Shown here: piece after piece, positions 1 to 10,547 of the stretch
Position numbering within the stretch: position 1 is the stretch's first letter
Layout of the letters: every line of letters starts with the position of its first letter
DNA from: Octopus bimaculoides
Taxonomy: Eukaryota
Assembly: GCF_001194135.2 (NCBI RefSeq)
Contig: NC_068985.1
Location: 8,747,238-8,793,637 of the forward strand
DNA length: 46,400 bases
Direction: 5' to 3'
Made by a program: the position numbers and the translations under genes
Notes under the pieces: generated by a model
The model's database searches: none
Told to the model about the DNA's origin: nothing
Seen by the model: only the letters and a program-made list of their open reading frames with translations

Positions 1-37
1 ACGCTTGTACCTCTTAAAAAAATAAATAAATATAGTC

Positions 38-196
38 GCAGGAGTGGGTGTGGGATAAGTAGCTTGCTTACCAACGACATTGTCCCGGGTTCAGTCCCAC
101 TGCGTAGGAGCTTCGGCAAGTGTCTTTTACGATAGTCTCGGGCCGACCAAAACCTTGTGAGTGGATTTGGTATACGGAAACTGAAAGAAGCTTGTC

Positions 197-228
<32 letters not shown>

Positions 229-460
229 GCGTGTGCGTGCGTGTGTGTGTGTGTGTTTGTGTGTCTATTTTTGTTCCCCCAATGTCGCTTGACAACAGAT
301 GCTGGTATGTTTACCTCCCCGTAACTTAGTGGTTCGGCAAAAGAGACGGTGGAATAAGTACTAGGCTCACAGAAAATAAGTCCTGGGTTCGACTTGCTCG
401 ACTAAAGGCGTTGCTCCAGCAAGGACGCAGTCAAATGACTGCAACAATTAAAAGAGTAAA
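38..460 (+). mobile_element. tRNA-headed SINE, local family A, full length with internal (TG)n
   Basis: Pol III-like head (box B-like GGGTTCAGTCCC), body GGCCGACCAAA..GTGAGTGGATTTGG..CGGAAACTGAAAGAAGC, internal TG tract and tail CCAGCA.GG.CGCAGTCAAATGACTG..AAAAGA. Same layout recurs at 4525, 10548, 11526, 20891 and 24079. Confidence 0.85.
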
Positions 461-764
461 TTTACACCTACCCTATGTTTCGAAAGATAATCGTCAACAT
501 ATGTCTTAATTCGTACCTTTGTACATAAAAACCTGATTATATAACAAAAATTCTTTCGAATCCAGAAATAGTAACACTTTGAAACCCTGAGATTAATAAA
601 GGCTGTATAATGCGCAATTTACTTTTATCAGCAATTTTTCAGTAAAAAGCGCTATGAGAATATGTTGTGTGATAAAGCGATGCGCTTTCTGAAGGGTCCT
701 ACCAATTTTCTCTGTTGTATCATTGGTCTTCGTACCATATATCTTTTACTTGTGGCAGTCATTT

Positions 765-830
765 TGTGTGTCTGTGTGTCTGTGTGTGTGTATGTGTGTG
801 TGTATGTGTGTGTGTACGTGTGTGTGCGTG
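765..830. repeat. (TG)n-rich microsatellite
   Basis: Directly visible imperfect TG tract. Confidence 0.95.
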
Positions 831-841
831 TAAAGAAACAT

Positions 842-1068
842 TAATCGTTGGATGGAATTTATAAACATTTAATTCATCGCTACGCGCGTTTCCACAAATC
901 ACATATCTCTTAATATCCCATACCGTATTCCCGGGCTGATTGCAGTGTAGTCCGTAGTATCCGTGGGTATCCGGTAGATCATCTTCGTGGATCCATTTCT
1001 TCAGGCGATATAACATTAATGGATACACAGAGGGTGGTTTATCCTAAGTGATCAATGCGAAGGTTGAT
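842..1068 (-). mobile_element. Unclassified ~230 bp dispersed element carrying a hammerhead-like motif (copy 1)
   Basis: The reverse complement aligns co-linearly with 33951-34221 (TCAACC..CCATTAA.GTTA.ATCGCCT.AAGAAATG..GAAGATGAT..GGATAC..ACTACACTG.AATCA..AAGAGA..GTGATT..GGAAACGCGCGTAGCGATG.ATTAAATGTTT..TCCATCCAA.GATT). Confidence 0.8.
876..1009 (-). ncRNA. Type I hammerhead-ribozyme-like motif with a 105-nt insert in place of stem II
   Basis: Minus strand reads AUCGC-CUGAAGA-(105 nt)-GAAACGCGCGUA^GCGAU: perfect 5-bp stem I, canonical CUGANGA and GAAA, palindromic ACGCGCGU stem III, GUA cleavage triplet. No clear canonical stem II. Confidence 0.6.
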
Positions 1069-1095
1069 CCCAACCACGATAACAACCAACGAGGC

Positions 1096-1128
<33 letters not shown>

Positions 1129-1146
1129 GCACACGCACGCACGCAT

Positions 1147-1183
<37 letters not shown>

Positions 1184-1216
1184 AACACACTCACAAACAC
1201 ACACAAACACACACAC
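1096..1216. repeat. (CA)n-rich microsatellite
   Basis: Directly visible imperfect CA tract. Confidence 0.95.
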
Positions 1217-1289
1217 ATATCCAGACGCGTGGAGCTGTTCTTAGTACTTTGAATATCAATTTCAGAAATATATAGCGTAGATATCTCTT

Positions 1290-1850
1290 GGGATGTTCTA
1301 GCAGGCTACTTGGTGTACAATCTTACTGAAATTGTCATAATGCTTACTGCTCGCTGGAAGATAGACGCTCTCGCTCTTCCTTTGTAGATCTTCTTGGAAG
1401 ACTAACTAATTTGAAGTCCTGTAGCATTGACTCTAATGCTGGCGTGACGCGCTTATGGTCTTCCCAGTAGCTTCAAGTTCAGTTTCTTGTTTAGTCCCAT
1501 GATCATTTCGCTGACAAACACATTATATGATTGTAGATCAATTTGCATCGTCCACTGTAGAAGGAACTTGTCATCAGGGATCACATTAAGCTAGTTGTTT
1601 TCATCCTATTCTTCTACGACAATTCATCTATTTTGCTATTGGCCTATACCCGTCATATGTTGTATTTGAAATCTCCTATCACAAATTTCGGTTTTTCAGA
1701 TGATTATTTCACGCATTAAAAGATGCATTTGCGCTTTGTAACCTTTGTAACTCCTCAGATCTCCACTATTTGTACTTCAATGTTAGTTTTCTCGTTCATT
1801 GATGTTGATTTGGCAAATTTCTCGTTTTTAGCTATGATAAGGCTTCTGTA
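1290..1850 (-). mobile_element. Possible decayed RTE-type LINE endonuclease (APE) remnant
   Basis: Minus strand gives FVIGDF (1668-1685; APE GDFN-like) and later SSFYSG (cf. PSFxSGSDHR), with many stops and frameshifts. Confidence 0.35.
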
Positions 1851-1863
1851 TTTTTCGTATGGT

Positions 1864-2237
1864 GGAGGCGCAATGGCCCAGTGGTTAGGGCAGCGGACTC
1901 GCGGTTTCGATTCCCAGACCGGGCGTTGTGAGTGTTTATTGAGCGAAAACACCTAAAGCTCCACGAGGCTCCGGCAGGAGATGGTGGCGAGCCCGGCTGT
2001 ACTCTTCCACCACAACTTTCTCTCACTCTTTCTTCCTGTTTCTGTTTTACCTATATTTCAAAGGACCGGCCTTGTTACACTGTGTCACGCTGAATATCCC
2101 CGAGAACTACGTTAAGGGTACGCGTGTCTGTGGAATGCTCAGCCACTTGCACGTTAATTTCACGAGCAGGCTGTTCCGTTGATCGGATCGACTGGAATGC
2201 TCGACGTCGTAAGCGACGGAATGCCAACACACACACA
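1864..2237 (+). mobile_element. tRNA-headed SINE, local family B, near full length
   Basis: Box A TGGCCCAGTGG and box B GGTTTCGATTCC. Aligns end to end with 19295-19685; lacks a short head segment between two CGCGGT repeats; ends GCGACGGAATGCC(AC)n. Confidence 0.9.
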
Positions 2238-3471
2238 TTTTTCGTATGACACTTTTATGAAGATTATTTTACCTCTGCACAAGGGCGAGAGTATTTTCAA
2301 CCCCGTTTTCAACCACAGTTGGTTTCTTGTTGCACAAAATATCATAATCATAATCTTTGCATAAATTTGAAACAAATCCTTCTTTAACTGCAGGCAGCCC
2401 TTCAAATGTTCAGCGATATAATTTCAACTGCTGGTCTTCGAAACTGGCAGTAGTCTCTCTCACCTTGCTCCAGTCTGAAGATCTTCTAGCACTTGTTGAG
2501 TTTCTTTATATTGTAATCTTTCTATGCAGCTTGAGTTGTTTAGTGGTAGAATCCGCAAGTAATAGCAGGTGTTACTTAGTAGGGATCGTGACATGGACGC
2601 TTGGTCCCCAAACCAGCAACAGAACACAAGTCTGATATTGCCTTTCATAATTCAATGACTTGCTAATCAGTCTCTCGTCTTGCTGTAAACCACACAAAGC
2701 GTGACCGACGCCGTACGCACTACGCACACTCATATGTATATTCACTAGCAGGAAAGCTGCCCTCCGGGGGGTTTTCTGCTGGCATATGTGTGGGGCTCAT
2801 ATTGATATTATATATACACATAGATATGATACATAAATTATAGAGTATATTGACAATATATTCATGAATTGAACAAAGACTCTGTTATAGCTTATTCTGT
2901 AATCAGTAAAATAATCCATGATACATTAAAAAAAGACGATAATGGAAATTGGAAAAGAGATGGGACTCTCAAGGGAAAATGTTCATGAATCTTCAGTTGA
3001 GTGAATTTGAAAATAGATTCTCTGGTGGGAATTAATGAATTACATTTACCAATACGAAGAAATGAGTTTTGCTATATTGTTGTTTCATTGTATTCACTTA
3101 TAGACGTCTTAAGTGTTTCTAGCGTCCCTTTCATAGCAATTAAAAAGAAACTTAAATACATTTCAATTAAAAGAGAGCAATTAATGTCTCATATCACTGT
3201 AAAATTGTTTGGCAGACACAACTGTCAGCAAATGGACCTTTTTCATTTATCTAGATTAATATTTTTATATTTTCTTTTCTTGACACTCTTCATAATGCCA
3301 CATACAACTGACCATTTGCGAAGAATTGTATTGGGAGATGATATTATTGACTAAATAATTGCAAGATGGTATCCCAGCATGACCGCAGTCGAACACAATT
3401 TGAAAACTTAATTCTATTAGATAAGGATTATTGTTTTTACACTACGCAATACTTTTGAAGATAATTTACTA

Positions 3472-3648
3472 ACTAGGTTTACAAAAAATAAGTCCTGTGT
3501 TCGACTTGCTCGATTAAAGGCATTGCTCCAGCATGGACGCAGTCAAATGACTGCAGCAATTAAAAGAGTAAATTTACACCTACACTATGTTACGAAGGAC
3601 AATCGTCAACATATGTCTTATTCGTACCTTTGTACATAACACCTGATT
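3472..3648 (+). repeat. Duplicate of 360-538 (3' end of SINE A plus ~78 bp of downstream flank)
   Basis: Near-identical to 360-538, including the non-SINE flank TTTACACCTAC..AATCGTCAACATATGTCTTA.TTCGTACCTTTGTACATAA.ACCTGATT. Confidence 0.9.
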
Positions 3649-4064
3649 GTTGTGGATTTTTCACTTTATTACAATTTTACGAACGCTATTTGTTTACAAA
3701 TAGAATTCAAACGGAAGTTGACATTTAAAATAGAAGCAAATCTTGTAATATTAAGCATTATAATTCATGTTTAATATACAAATAAACTTTATAGTTTAAA
3801 AATATTTTAATATTCATTTATAATTTCTTCAAAGTAATATGACTTTTTTAACGACGTGGGGAGAAAATAAACTAGACACAGCCCCGCAATTCTTCATTCA
3901 TTATGATATTGATAGACATACATGTTTGCATATACATACATATATGAAAGCATACGTATTTATCTAAATATGCAGGCAGTGTAGAAACGATCCTGAGTAT
4001 GGAGAAAAGAAATGTATTTCCACACAGGAAAGATTACAGTATGGGGGTTATGGGGGTTCAAAAT

Positions 4065-4290
4065 GCCTTAAAATGATTGTAGCTTTTAAATTTTGTAGAA
4101 AATTTCTGAAGATACGAAACCGGCTGCAAAAATGTTTTTGTTTTTCAATGGTAAATAGAAAAATTTTTTGCGATAGATTGAATGTATAAGGGAAAATTCG
4201 GAAAAACATCTTTAAAAAAAAATCAATTGTTCATACGAATCCCAATAATCCATAAATTTCACAGAGACAGACGATAATAGAAGTTCAAAT
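4065..4290 (+). repeat. Unclassified AT-rich repeat, left member of an inverted pair
   Basis: Aligns with the reverse complement of 5516-5745 (TTTCAATGGTA..AGATTGA..GAAAATTCGGAAAAA..TGTTCATAC..GATAATAGAAGTTCAAAT). Confidence 0.8.
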
Positions 4291-4524
4291 ATTCGATGAA
4301 TTTCATATCAGTTATATGTAATTGAAAATTCAGTAACATTGAGTTGTGTTAACGATTACACACAATGAATTTTTAAAAGTGTAAGGGAAAAAAAAAAGCA
4401 GAAAGATTTTTTTTTCTTTTTGACGCTTTCGGTCGTAGTGTATGAAGGAAGATCCTTCGGATTTATCGTTGCTGGTTTTGCTGGTGAGAGTTCGAAAGGC
4501 TTTAAGATGAGATTGCTTCAGATA

Positions 4525-4735
4525 TTCTTTTATTCTTTTACATGTTTAAGTCATTTGATTGCGGCCATGCTGGAGCACTGCCTTAAAGTGATTTTAGTCG
4601 AAGAAATCGACCCCAGGACTTATTCGTTGTAAGCCTAGTATTTATCCTATCGGTCACTTTTGCCGAAAGACTAGGTCACGGAGGTCTTCAACATCGGTTG
4701 TCAACCGATAGTTGGGAGGCAAACACAGTCATACA

Positions 4736-4767
<32 letters not shown>

Positions 4768-4875
4768 CATACACACACACACACATATAAACATACATGC
4801 ACCCATACATCGGTATACATACATATATGTATATATATGTATATATATAACAAAGATGTACTGGTTTCAATTCGT

Positions 4876-4913
<38 letters not shown>

Positions 4914-5116
4914 ACATACCCATACATATATATACGACAGNNNNNNNNNNACACAGATACCCATACATATATATACGACAGATTTCTTTCAGTTTCCGTC
5001 TACCAAATAAACTCACAAGGCTTTGGTCGGCCCGAAGCTATAGTAGAAGGTGGCACGCAGTGGGAATTGAACCCGGAACCATGTGGTTGGAAAGCAAGTT
5101 TTTTTATGATATAGGC
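4525..5116 (-). mobile_element. SINE family A with expanded internal microsatellite and a 10-N gap
   Basis: Reverse complement carries the family A head, body and tail motifs seen at 38-460. Confidence 0.85.
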
Positions 5117-5515
5117 TGGAGTTTTATGATACAGGTTCAACTTTGAATTGGTTATAAATTCAATTATGTCACTTGCTTTGTCCGCCTGTGGTCTAGGATT
5201 TCGGTTGGCCGACTGTCTGATTATGTCAATTGTTTTTTGGATGTTCTGGTCTCAAATTTTGATTTGGCAGTAGTCTAGCCTTCTGGTTGGCGGACTTACT
5301 AGTGACGTCATTTGTTTATCGAGTGTTTTTTTTTTGTTTTACAAGTAGGGATCCAGTACTCTAGTTGATTGAATTCCTGATTACTTCATTTGTTCGTTGA
5401 AGGTGTTCATAACTTGTTTTTGTCCGACGGTGGTGCACCGTTCCGTTTGGTTGATCCCCTTAAGAAGCGACTGGTCTTCGTCAGCTCAATGTTTAAGCAT
5501 TCAGTTGACCGAGAC

Positions 5516-5745
5516 ATTTGAACTTCTATTATCCTCTATCGCTGAAGAATTTATTGAATATTGGAATTTGTATGAACATTTGACTTTTTAAACATTTTTT
5601 TTTCCGAATTTTCACTTGTGTCGTCAATCTTTCCAAAACTTATTCATCTACCATTGAAACACCCCAAAAAGTTTCAAACTGGTTTGCTATTGTAATATTT
5701 TTGTACAAAGCTTTAAAACTACAACTTATTTTATGACTCACTGCG
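5516..5745 (-). repeat. Unclassified AT-rich repeat, right member of an inverted pair
   Basis: See 4065-4290. Confidence 0.8.
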
Positions 5746-5975
5746 TTTCAAATCCTAAAAGGAATTCTACTATATATATNNNNNNNNNNNNNNNNNNNNN
5801 NNNNNNNNNNNNNNNNNNNNNNNNNNNNNNNNNNNNNNNNNNNNNNNNNNNNNNNNNNNNNNNNNNNNNNNNNNNNNNNNNNNNNNNNNNNNNNNNNNNN
5901 NNNNNNNNNNNNNNNNNNNNNNNNNNNNNNNNNNNNNNNNNNNNNNNNNNNNNNNNNNNNNNNATATATATATAT

Positions 5976-6037
5976 ATTTAAATAAGAGCTAAAACGCAAA
6001 GTTTTACGATGGATCGCGTTTTAGCTCTTATTTAAAT
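5976..6037. repeat. Perfect 22-bp inverted repeat, 18-nt loop
   Basis: ATTTAAATAAGAGCTAAAACGC (5976-5997) and GCGTTTTAGCTCTTATTTAAAT (6016-6037). Confidence 0.95.
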
Positions 6038-6173
6038 TGATATGCACACAAAATTGTATGATAAACAACCTTTCATTTGAGAATTTTGCTACGTTGATAA
6101 CAGGTACAATATTTTTACCAAATATTTGGTAGAGATCTAAAAATACATATATATTTTTTTTTTTTTTATATAC

Positions 6174-6470
6174 GAGAGGACACATGGCTTACTGGTTAGG
6201 ATGCTGCAGTTACGATCGTGAGATCGTGGTTTCAATCCCTAGACCAGGTGGTGCGTTGTGATCTTGAGAAAAACACGCCATCTTACGTTGCTCTTGGATC
6301 TCTTCGACACCTGACGTGTGGTACACTGTGCACCTGTTCATGTAACGTCGATTTGAGGGAGAGATTGAGCTAATGTACGACACATACATTTGATTGCAAT
6401 AAACAAATCATAGTTGCAGGTCATTCGGGAGAAGCTGAACGCGTGTCGTCTTCGACGGGAGAATCCGTCA
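6174..6470 (+). mobile_element. tRNA-headed SINE, local family F (B/E-like head, different body)
   Basis: Head ATGGCTTACTGGTTAGG..GATCGTGGTTTCAATCCCTAGACC..GCGTTGTG resembles 19295 and 45159. The body has no second copy here. Ends in a small hairpin GACGG-GAGAAT-CCGTC before (TA)n. Confidence 0.65.
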
Positions 6471-6519
6471 TATATATATATATATGATTGACCGTATATT
6501 ATGATTGACCGTTGACTGA

Positions 6520-6587
6520 ACACTATTCAATTTTTTTTCTCCGTGTTTTTCTCCTTGTCTCCGTATTCTTTCTGTTGAAGAGCGTAG
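6520..6587 (+). mobile_element. Penelope-like terminal fragment with CTGTTGAAGAGCGTAG motif, cut by a gap
   Basis: Pyrimidine-rich run followed by TTCTTTCTGTTGAAGAGCGTAG, the same family as 34788-35000 and 11725-11895. Ns at 6588-6597. Confidence 0.6.
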
Positions 6588-6597
6588 NNNNNNNNNN

Positions 6598-6636
6598 ATA
6601 TATATATATATATATATATGTAAGTATGTGCGTATG

Positions 6637-6697
<61 letters not shown>
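6598..6697. repeat. Compound (TA)n/(TG)n microsatellite
   Basis: Directly visible. Confidence 0.95.
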
Positions 6698-6699
<2 letters not shown>

Positions 6700-7739
6700 C
6701 AAAAGGGTGTGTTATAATATTATTCCACATATACAAAAACAACCATACCAACAATCCAACATACCTCCGTCATCAGCTGCCCCACGGATATCATTATGGT
6801 TCCGACACCTGGGCAGTACCATTCAATACGGCGGTATCAACAACTCTAAAATAAGTGTTGCTTGGGAACAAATATACCAAAGAAACTACACCTTTCAAAC
6901 ACATTTGCATTATGTACAACAGTATCGGTAAATAAAATCAATAAGTAAATCTATAACTAACCCCTAAATACGTAACTCAACAGCGACCTATCCTTTAAGT
7001 CTTACAAAAAATATTCCCTACAGTCTTCCATAGTATAATATAAAATTGAAAGCTTAATAACCACATTCATTCAATCTAAATATAGAGATTAAACAATAAC
7101 CTTAAAATTAAACTACAACAAAGAAATACATAAACCTATGTACATCTGTATCGGTATTAACAGTAAACCTGCAATAACTAAATTATATACGAAATAGCGA
7201 CCAGTCTTTAAGACTATACAAATAATAATCCCACCAGTCTTCCATAGTTACTACTATAATAAAAAGAAAATGTGAAAGCATTATATAATTCTTTCCAAAA
7301 CAAAACAAACACGATCAAATCTAATTTAACGAATAATCAAATAATTATGAGTGAAATACATTATTTCATAATTCAAAAGTTAATAATAAAACACTACATA
7401 CTCATTAATATATATTTTACCCTTACAATCTTTAATGTTGAATTACCAGTAACTAACAGAAACATTAAATTTTATTAATTAGGAACTAATACAGGTATAC
7501 TTGTAATTAAGTATTATTATAAAACTTTGCTACGTTTAAAGCTAAAATAAAACTATTTAAAAGATTATAAAACTACAAAGTACTACATGTTTTCTCAGAC
7601 ATGCGGTTCCGTCACGTAGAACTTAAAAGATTATCTTAACTATTGATGACGTAGAGCGTAATTACTACGTCCCCAATTGTCTCAAACAATATAAGTGACG
7701 TAGTAAGCAAGTAACTTGAATCGTAAACATTCCAAATCT

Positions 7740-8826
7740 TTACAAATATTTGCTGAGTTGAAGATTAGATACTACCCCATATTTATTTAAAATTTCAAGT
7801 CTCCTACCTAAACGGTGATTAAAGGTTTTAACCAATTTACCATATCTATACCCTTGTTTTACCAAATGTCTTAGCAGCTTATTTATTCTTTCCAATATTT
7901 ATTAGCATCATTAATAATAGTACTATATCTGATAATTTGCCTTGCAAAAACACCATAACCTATAAAAAAAGGAATTCTACTATTTAACAATGGCACTGAA
8001 GCCACTTGGAAACCAAAATCTTCTGTTTTATTATGAATGTCAGTCCATATTTCATTATTATCGTTAATTATTAAATTGACATCTAAATAATTAATATTTC
8101 TTATATTGTTACCATTTCTCGTGGCTATAATCTCACTAGGGTATATATTTCTAAGTGAAAATTCAGATAAACGATAATTAGGTATAAATATATCATCCAT
8201 GCATCTGCAGCATCCATTAAATTGTTTAAGTAAACCAATCTGTTTCCTCGCACATAGGTCCTTAGGAAGAAAGATAATGGTCCGCCAACAGAAGGCTATA
8301 ATTTCCACTCATTGGAATTCCCCCAACCTGCTCAAACACCCTACGCGCAAACATTACAAACGAATTATTAATAATAAAACTAACCAATTGTTTCATCTTT
8401 TTTTTTTTATTATATTGGTATATCCCTTTTAACAACAAGTAAACAAGAAACCTTTACCATTCTTTAAAGATATACATTTATATCCTTTATTAAAATTAAT
8501 ATCTAATATTCTAAAAATACCGTCCACACGTTTAAGATTTAAGTTTGTATATAGTCTCGAAAATCAAACACATACATAATCTTAACTTTCTCAGTCTATC
8601 CAGGAATTCTTTAGCTGATCTAATACTCCAAAAATAATTAATTCCTGAACTGTTATAAATTTTATCACAATATTTTTTTAAAGTATGTTCTAACAGCTTT
8701 TAAAGCATCATTAACCAATATAGATAGCCGTTTATTTGTACAATTACTACTTCTTGCTAGGAATCTACTTTAAAAGGAACTTTATGTAATTTAGGAATCC
8801 CAAAAAGTTTAAGAATATTTTTATCC
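7740..8826 (-). mobile_element. Decayed Penelope-like retroelement reverse transcriptase (Naiad/Chlamys-type motifs), frameshifted
   Basis: Minus-strand motifs in correct order across frames: GIPKLHKVPFK; SSNCTNKRLS..KYCDKIYNSSGINYFWSI..EFL; VFDF.TLYT; FIINNSFVMF..VFEQVGGIPMSGN; CMDDIF; YLD; HNKTEDFGFQVASVPLLNSRIP..YGVFARQIIRY; LVKQGY..LVKTF..KY; stop at 7740-7742. Confidence 0.85.
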
Positions 8827-10094
8827 TTTTCTTTATATACATACATAGATATACATATAAATACATATACATACATTATTGTTGATTTATATATAAACGT
8901 ATGTAAACAATACTGATCAACAATAATGGTAATTGCCCGTGGGAATTCTACGAGCTCATTATGAACGTAGAGAAGGAATTGAAAATACATTGAGATAAAA
9001 ATCCAATAGCGTACAATAAGAAACGGCTGACAAGTGAAACCATCATTTAATACTTGACGTACAAGTCTGGTGATTACCAAATGTTGTTCACTGGCTATCG
9101 CTGCTATACACTTCCCCATCAACACCATCAACAGATGTGTCGACTAAATAAACAAACAAGGACATTAATTTGAAGGTGAACAAGCAGAAGGACTCCACCC
9201 GATAAATATCTGATTTTCGTAAAAGAAATAAATTTTTTGCATTATTAAGTGTAATTGGCTGATTCTTGTTTCTTGAGTCTGTGTAGAATGTGTGTGAGGG
9301 TGGGGGGTGTCGCTTCCGCACAGTAAGAAATAAAACATGGCCAGAAATTTATCAGGTTGAAAAGTTCTCTCAACTTCCGTAGAAAATGAAGAAAGAGGAA
9401 AATCAAGCATAGCTTTCACTTTATCGTTGACATGAGGATTTCTTTATTATCTAAGATGTTTCGGAGAATCGATAAGGTTTAACCTCCAAACAAACAGTTA
9501 ATAAGAAAATCTTTGTTAAGTCAGTCGTTCAAATAGTGAGCGAAGATGTCCTTCGTGGTCATCTTCAGATTTGCTACCGACTAATAGATCTTCCACGTAA
9601 GCGTAAAAGAAAGGCAAACCGCACTACGGAACATATCGATGAGACGTTGGAGAGTTTGTGCAGCGTAAACACATTTAAGTAGTGTCATGTCTGCGTTATT
9701 GAAGCCGGAAGTAGGTCTGCCTATATACATATATGCATACATATATATACATACATATTCATACATGTATATCCAAAGATGCCTATATGTCCAGATATAT
9801 ACGTACATGCACTCTCTCTCTCTCGCTCTCTCCCTCTCACTGTCTCTCTATCTTTCTCTCAAACACACACTCATTTACGTAGATGGTTTTCTGTGTATGT
9901 ATGAATAATTGTGTGTGTATGAGAGAGAGAGAGAGAGAGAGGGGGGGTTGAGTGCGTGTGTTTTGTTTGCGTGTAGTTGTGCGTGTATTTACGCTCATAC
10001 AAAGATTTCCTATTTACATTTGAAGTATATCCCAATGACTTTTATAATTTTTCCCAAGATACTTCCACACGTACATATATATGTATACCAGAAG

Positions 10095-10170
<76 letters not shown>
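10095..10170. repeat. (GATA)19 tetranucleotide microsatellite
   Basis: Perfect tract. Confidence 0.97.
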
Positions 10171-10172
<2 letters not shown>

Positions 10173-10547
10173 TGAGTTGGAGACAGGCATATAGACTATA
10201 AGTGAGGTACAGTAGTATTCATACTGTAACCAAGCTTCCTTAATGAAGTTAACGAACAGTGACATTTTGCTTGTCTGAATTTCAGTAATGAGACGAGACA
10301 GTGTCTAGAATGTCAGTGAAATGTTGGTCGTTTGCCAGTGTTAAATAGGAGAAAATCAGACTATGGTTTATAGTAAACAATAACTCCGTTTTATCGTCAT
10401 TATTCCAATTATGTAGAAGTCTATAGAAATGGACAGATGAGACACCGAACTGCACTGTGGGTATTTTGGTATATCCCAGAGGAAAAATTGATTCGTATGA
10501 ATTAAAATCCTTTGCTTTGGTCAGTTTTTTATAAACATTCATGAAAT

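Noticed and set aside
1864-1925. tRNA-like sequences at SINE heads (also 19295, 28376, 34304, 42499, 45159)
   Set aside because: Box A/B are present, but there is no complete cloverleaf and each continues into a repeated SINE body; not tRNA genes.
2380-2700. Possible LINE RT-adjacent fragment on the minus strand (KETQQVLEDLQTGA)
   Set aside because: Too degenerate, and its order relative to the putative APE piece at 1290-1850 is wrong for a single element.
2745-2782. GC hairpin overlapping CTAG as a Helitron 3' end
   Set aside because: The hairpin is imperfect and overlaps the CTAG rather than preceding it; no matching 5' end.
3001-3354. 117-aa ORF (also 10282-10542, 26895-27170, 29183-29428)
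   Set aside because: AT-rich composition, no recognisable domain or splice context; expected by chance.
4106-4125. CTGAAGA-TAC-GAAACCGGC as a hammerhead
   Set aside because: No stem II, no U at the cleavage triplet, and the homologous inverted copy (~5670-5700) lacks it.
6960-7290. Diverged ~90-bp direct repeat (AGCGACC..TTTAAG..CAGTCTTCCATAGT..GAAAGC) downstream of the PLE RT
   Set aside because: The similarity is real, but it is short and AT-rich and I cannot assign it to the element or a function.
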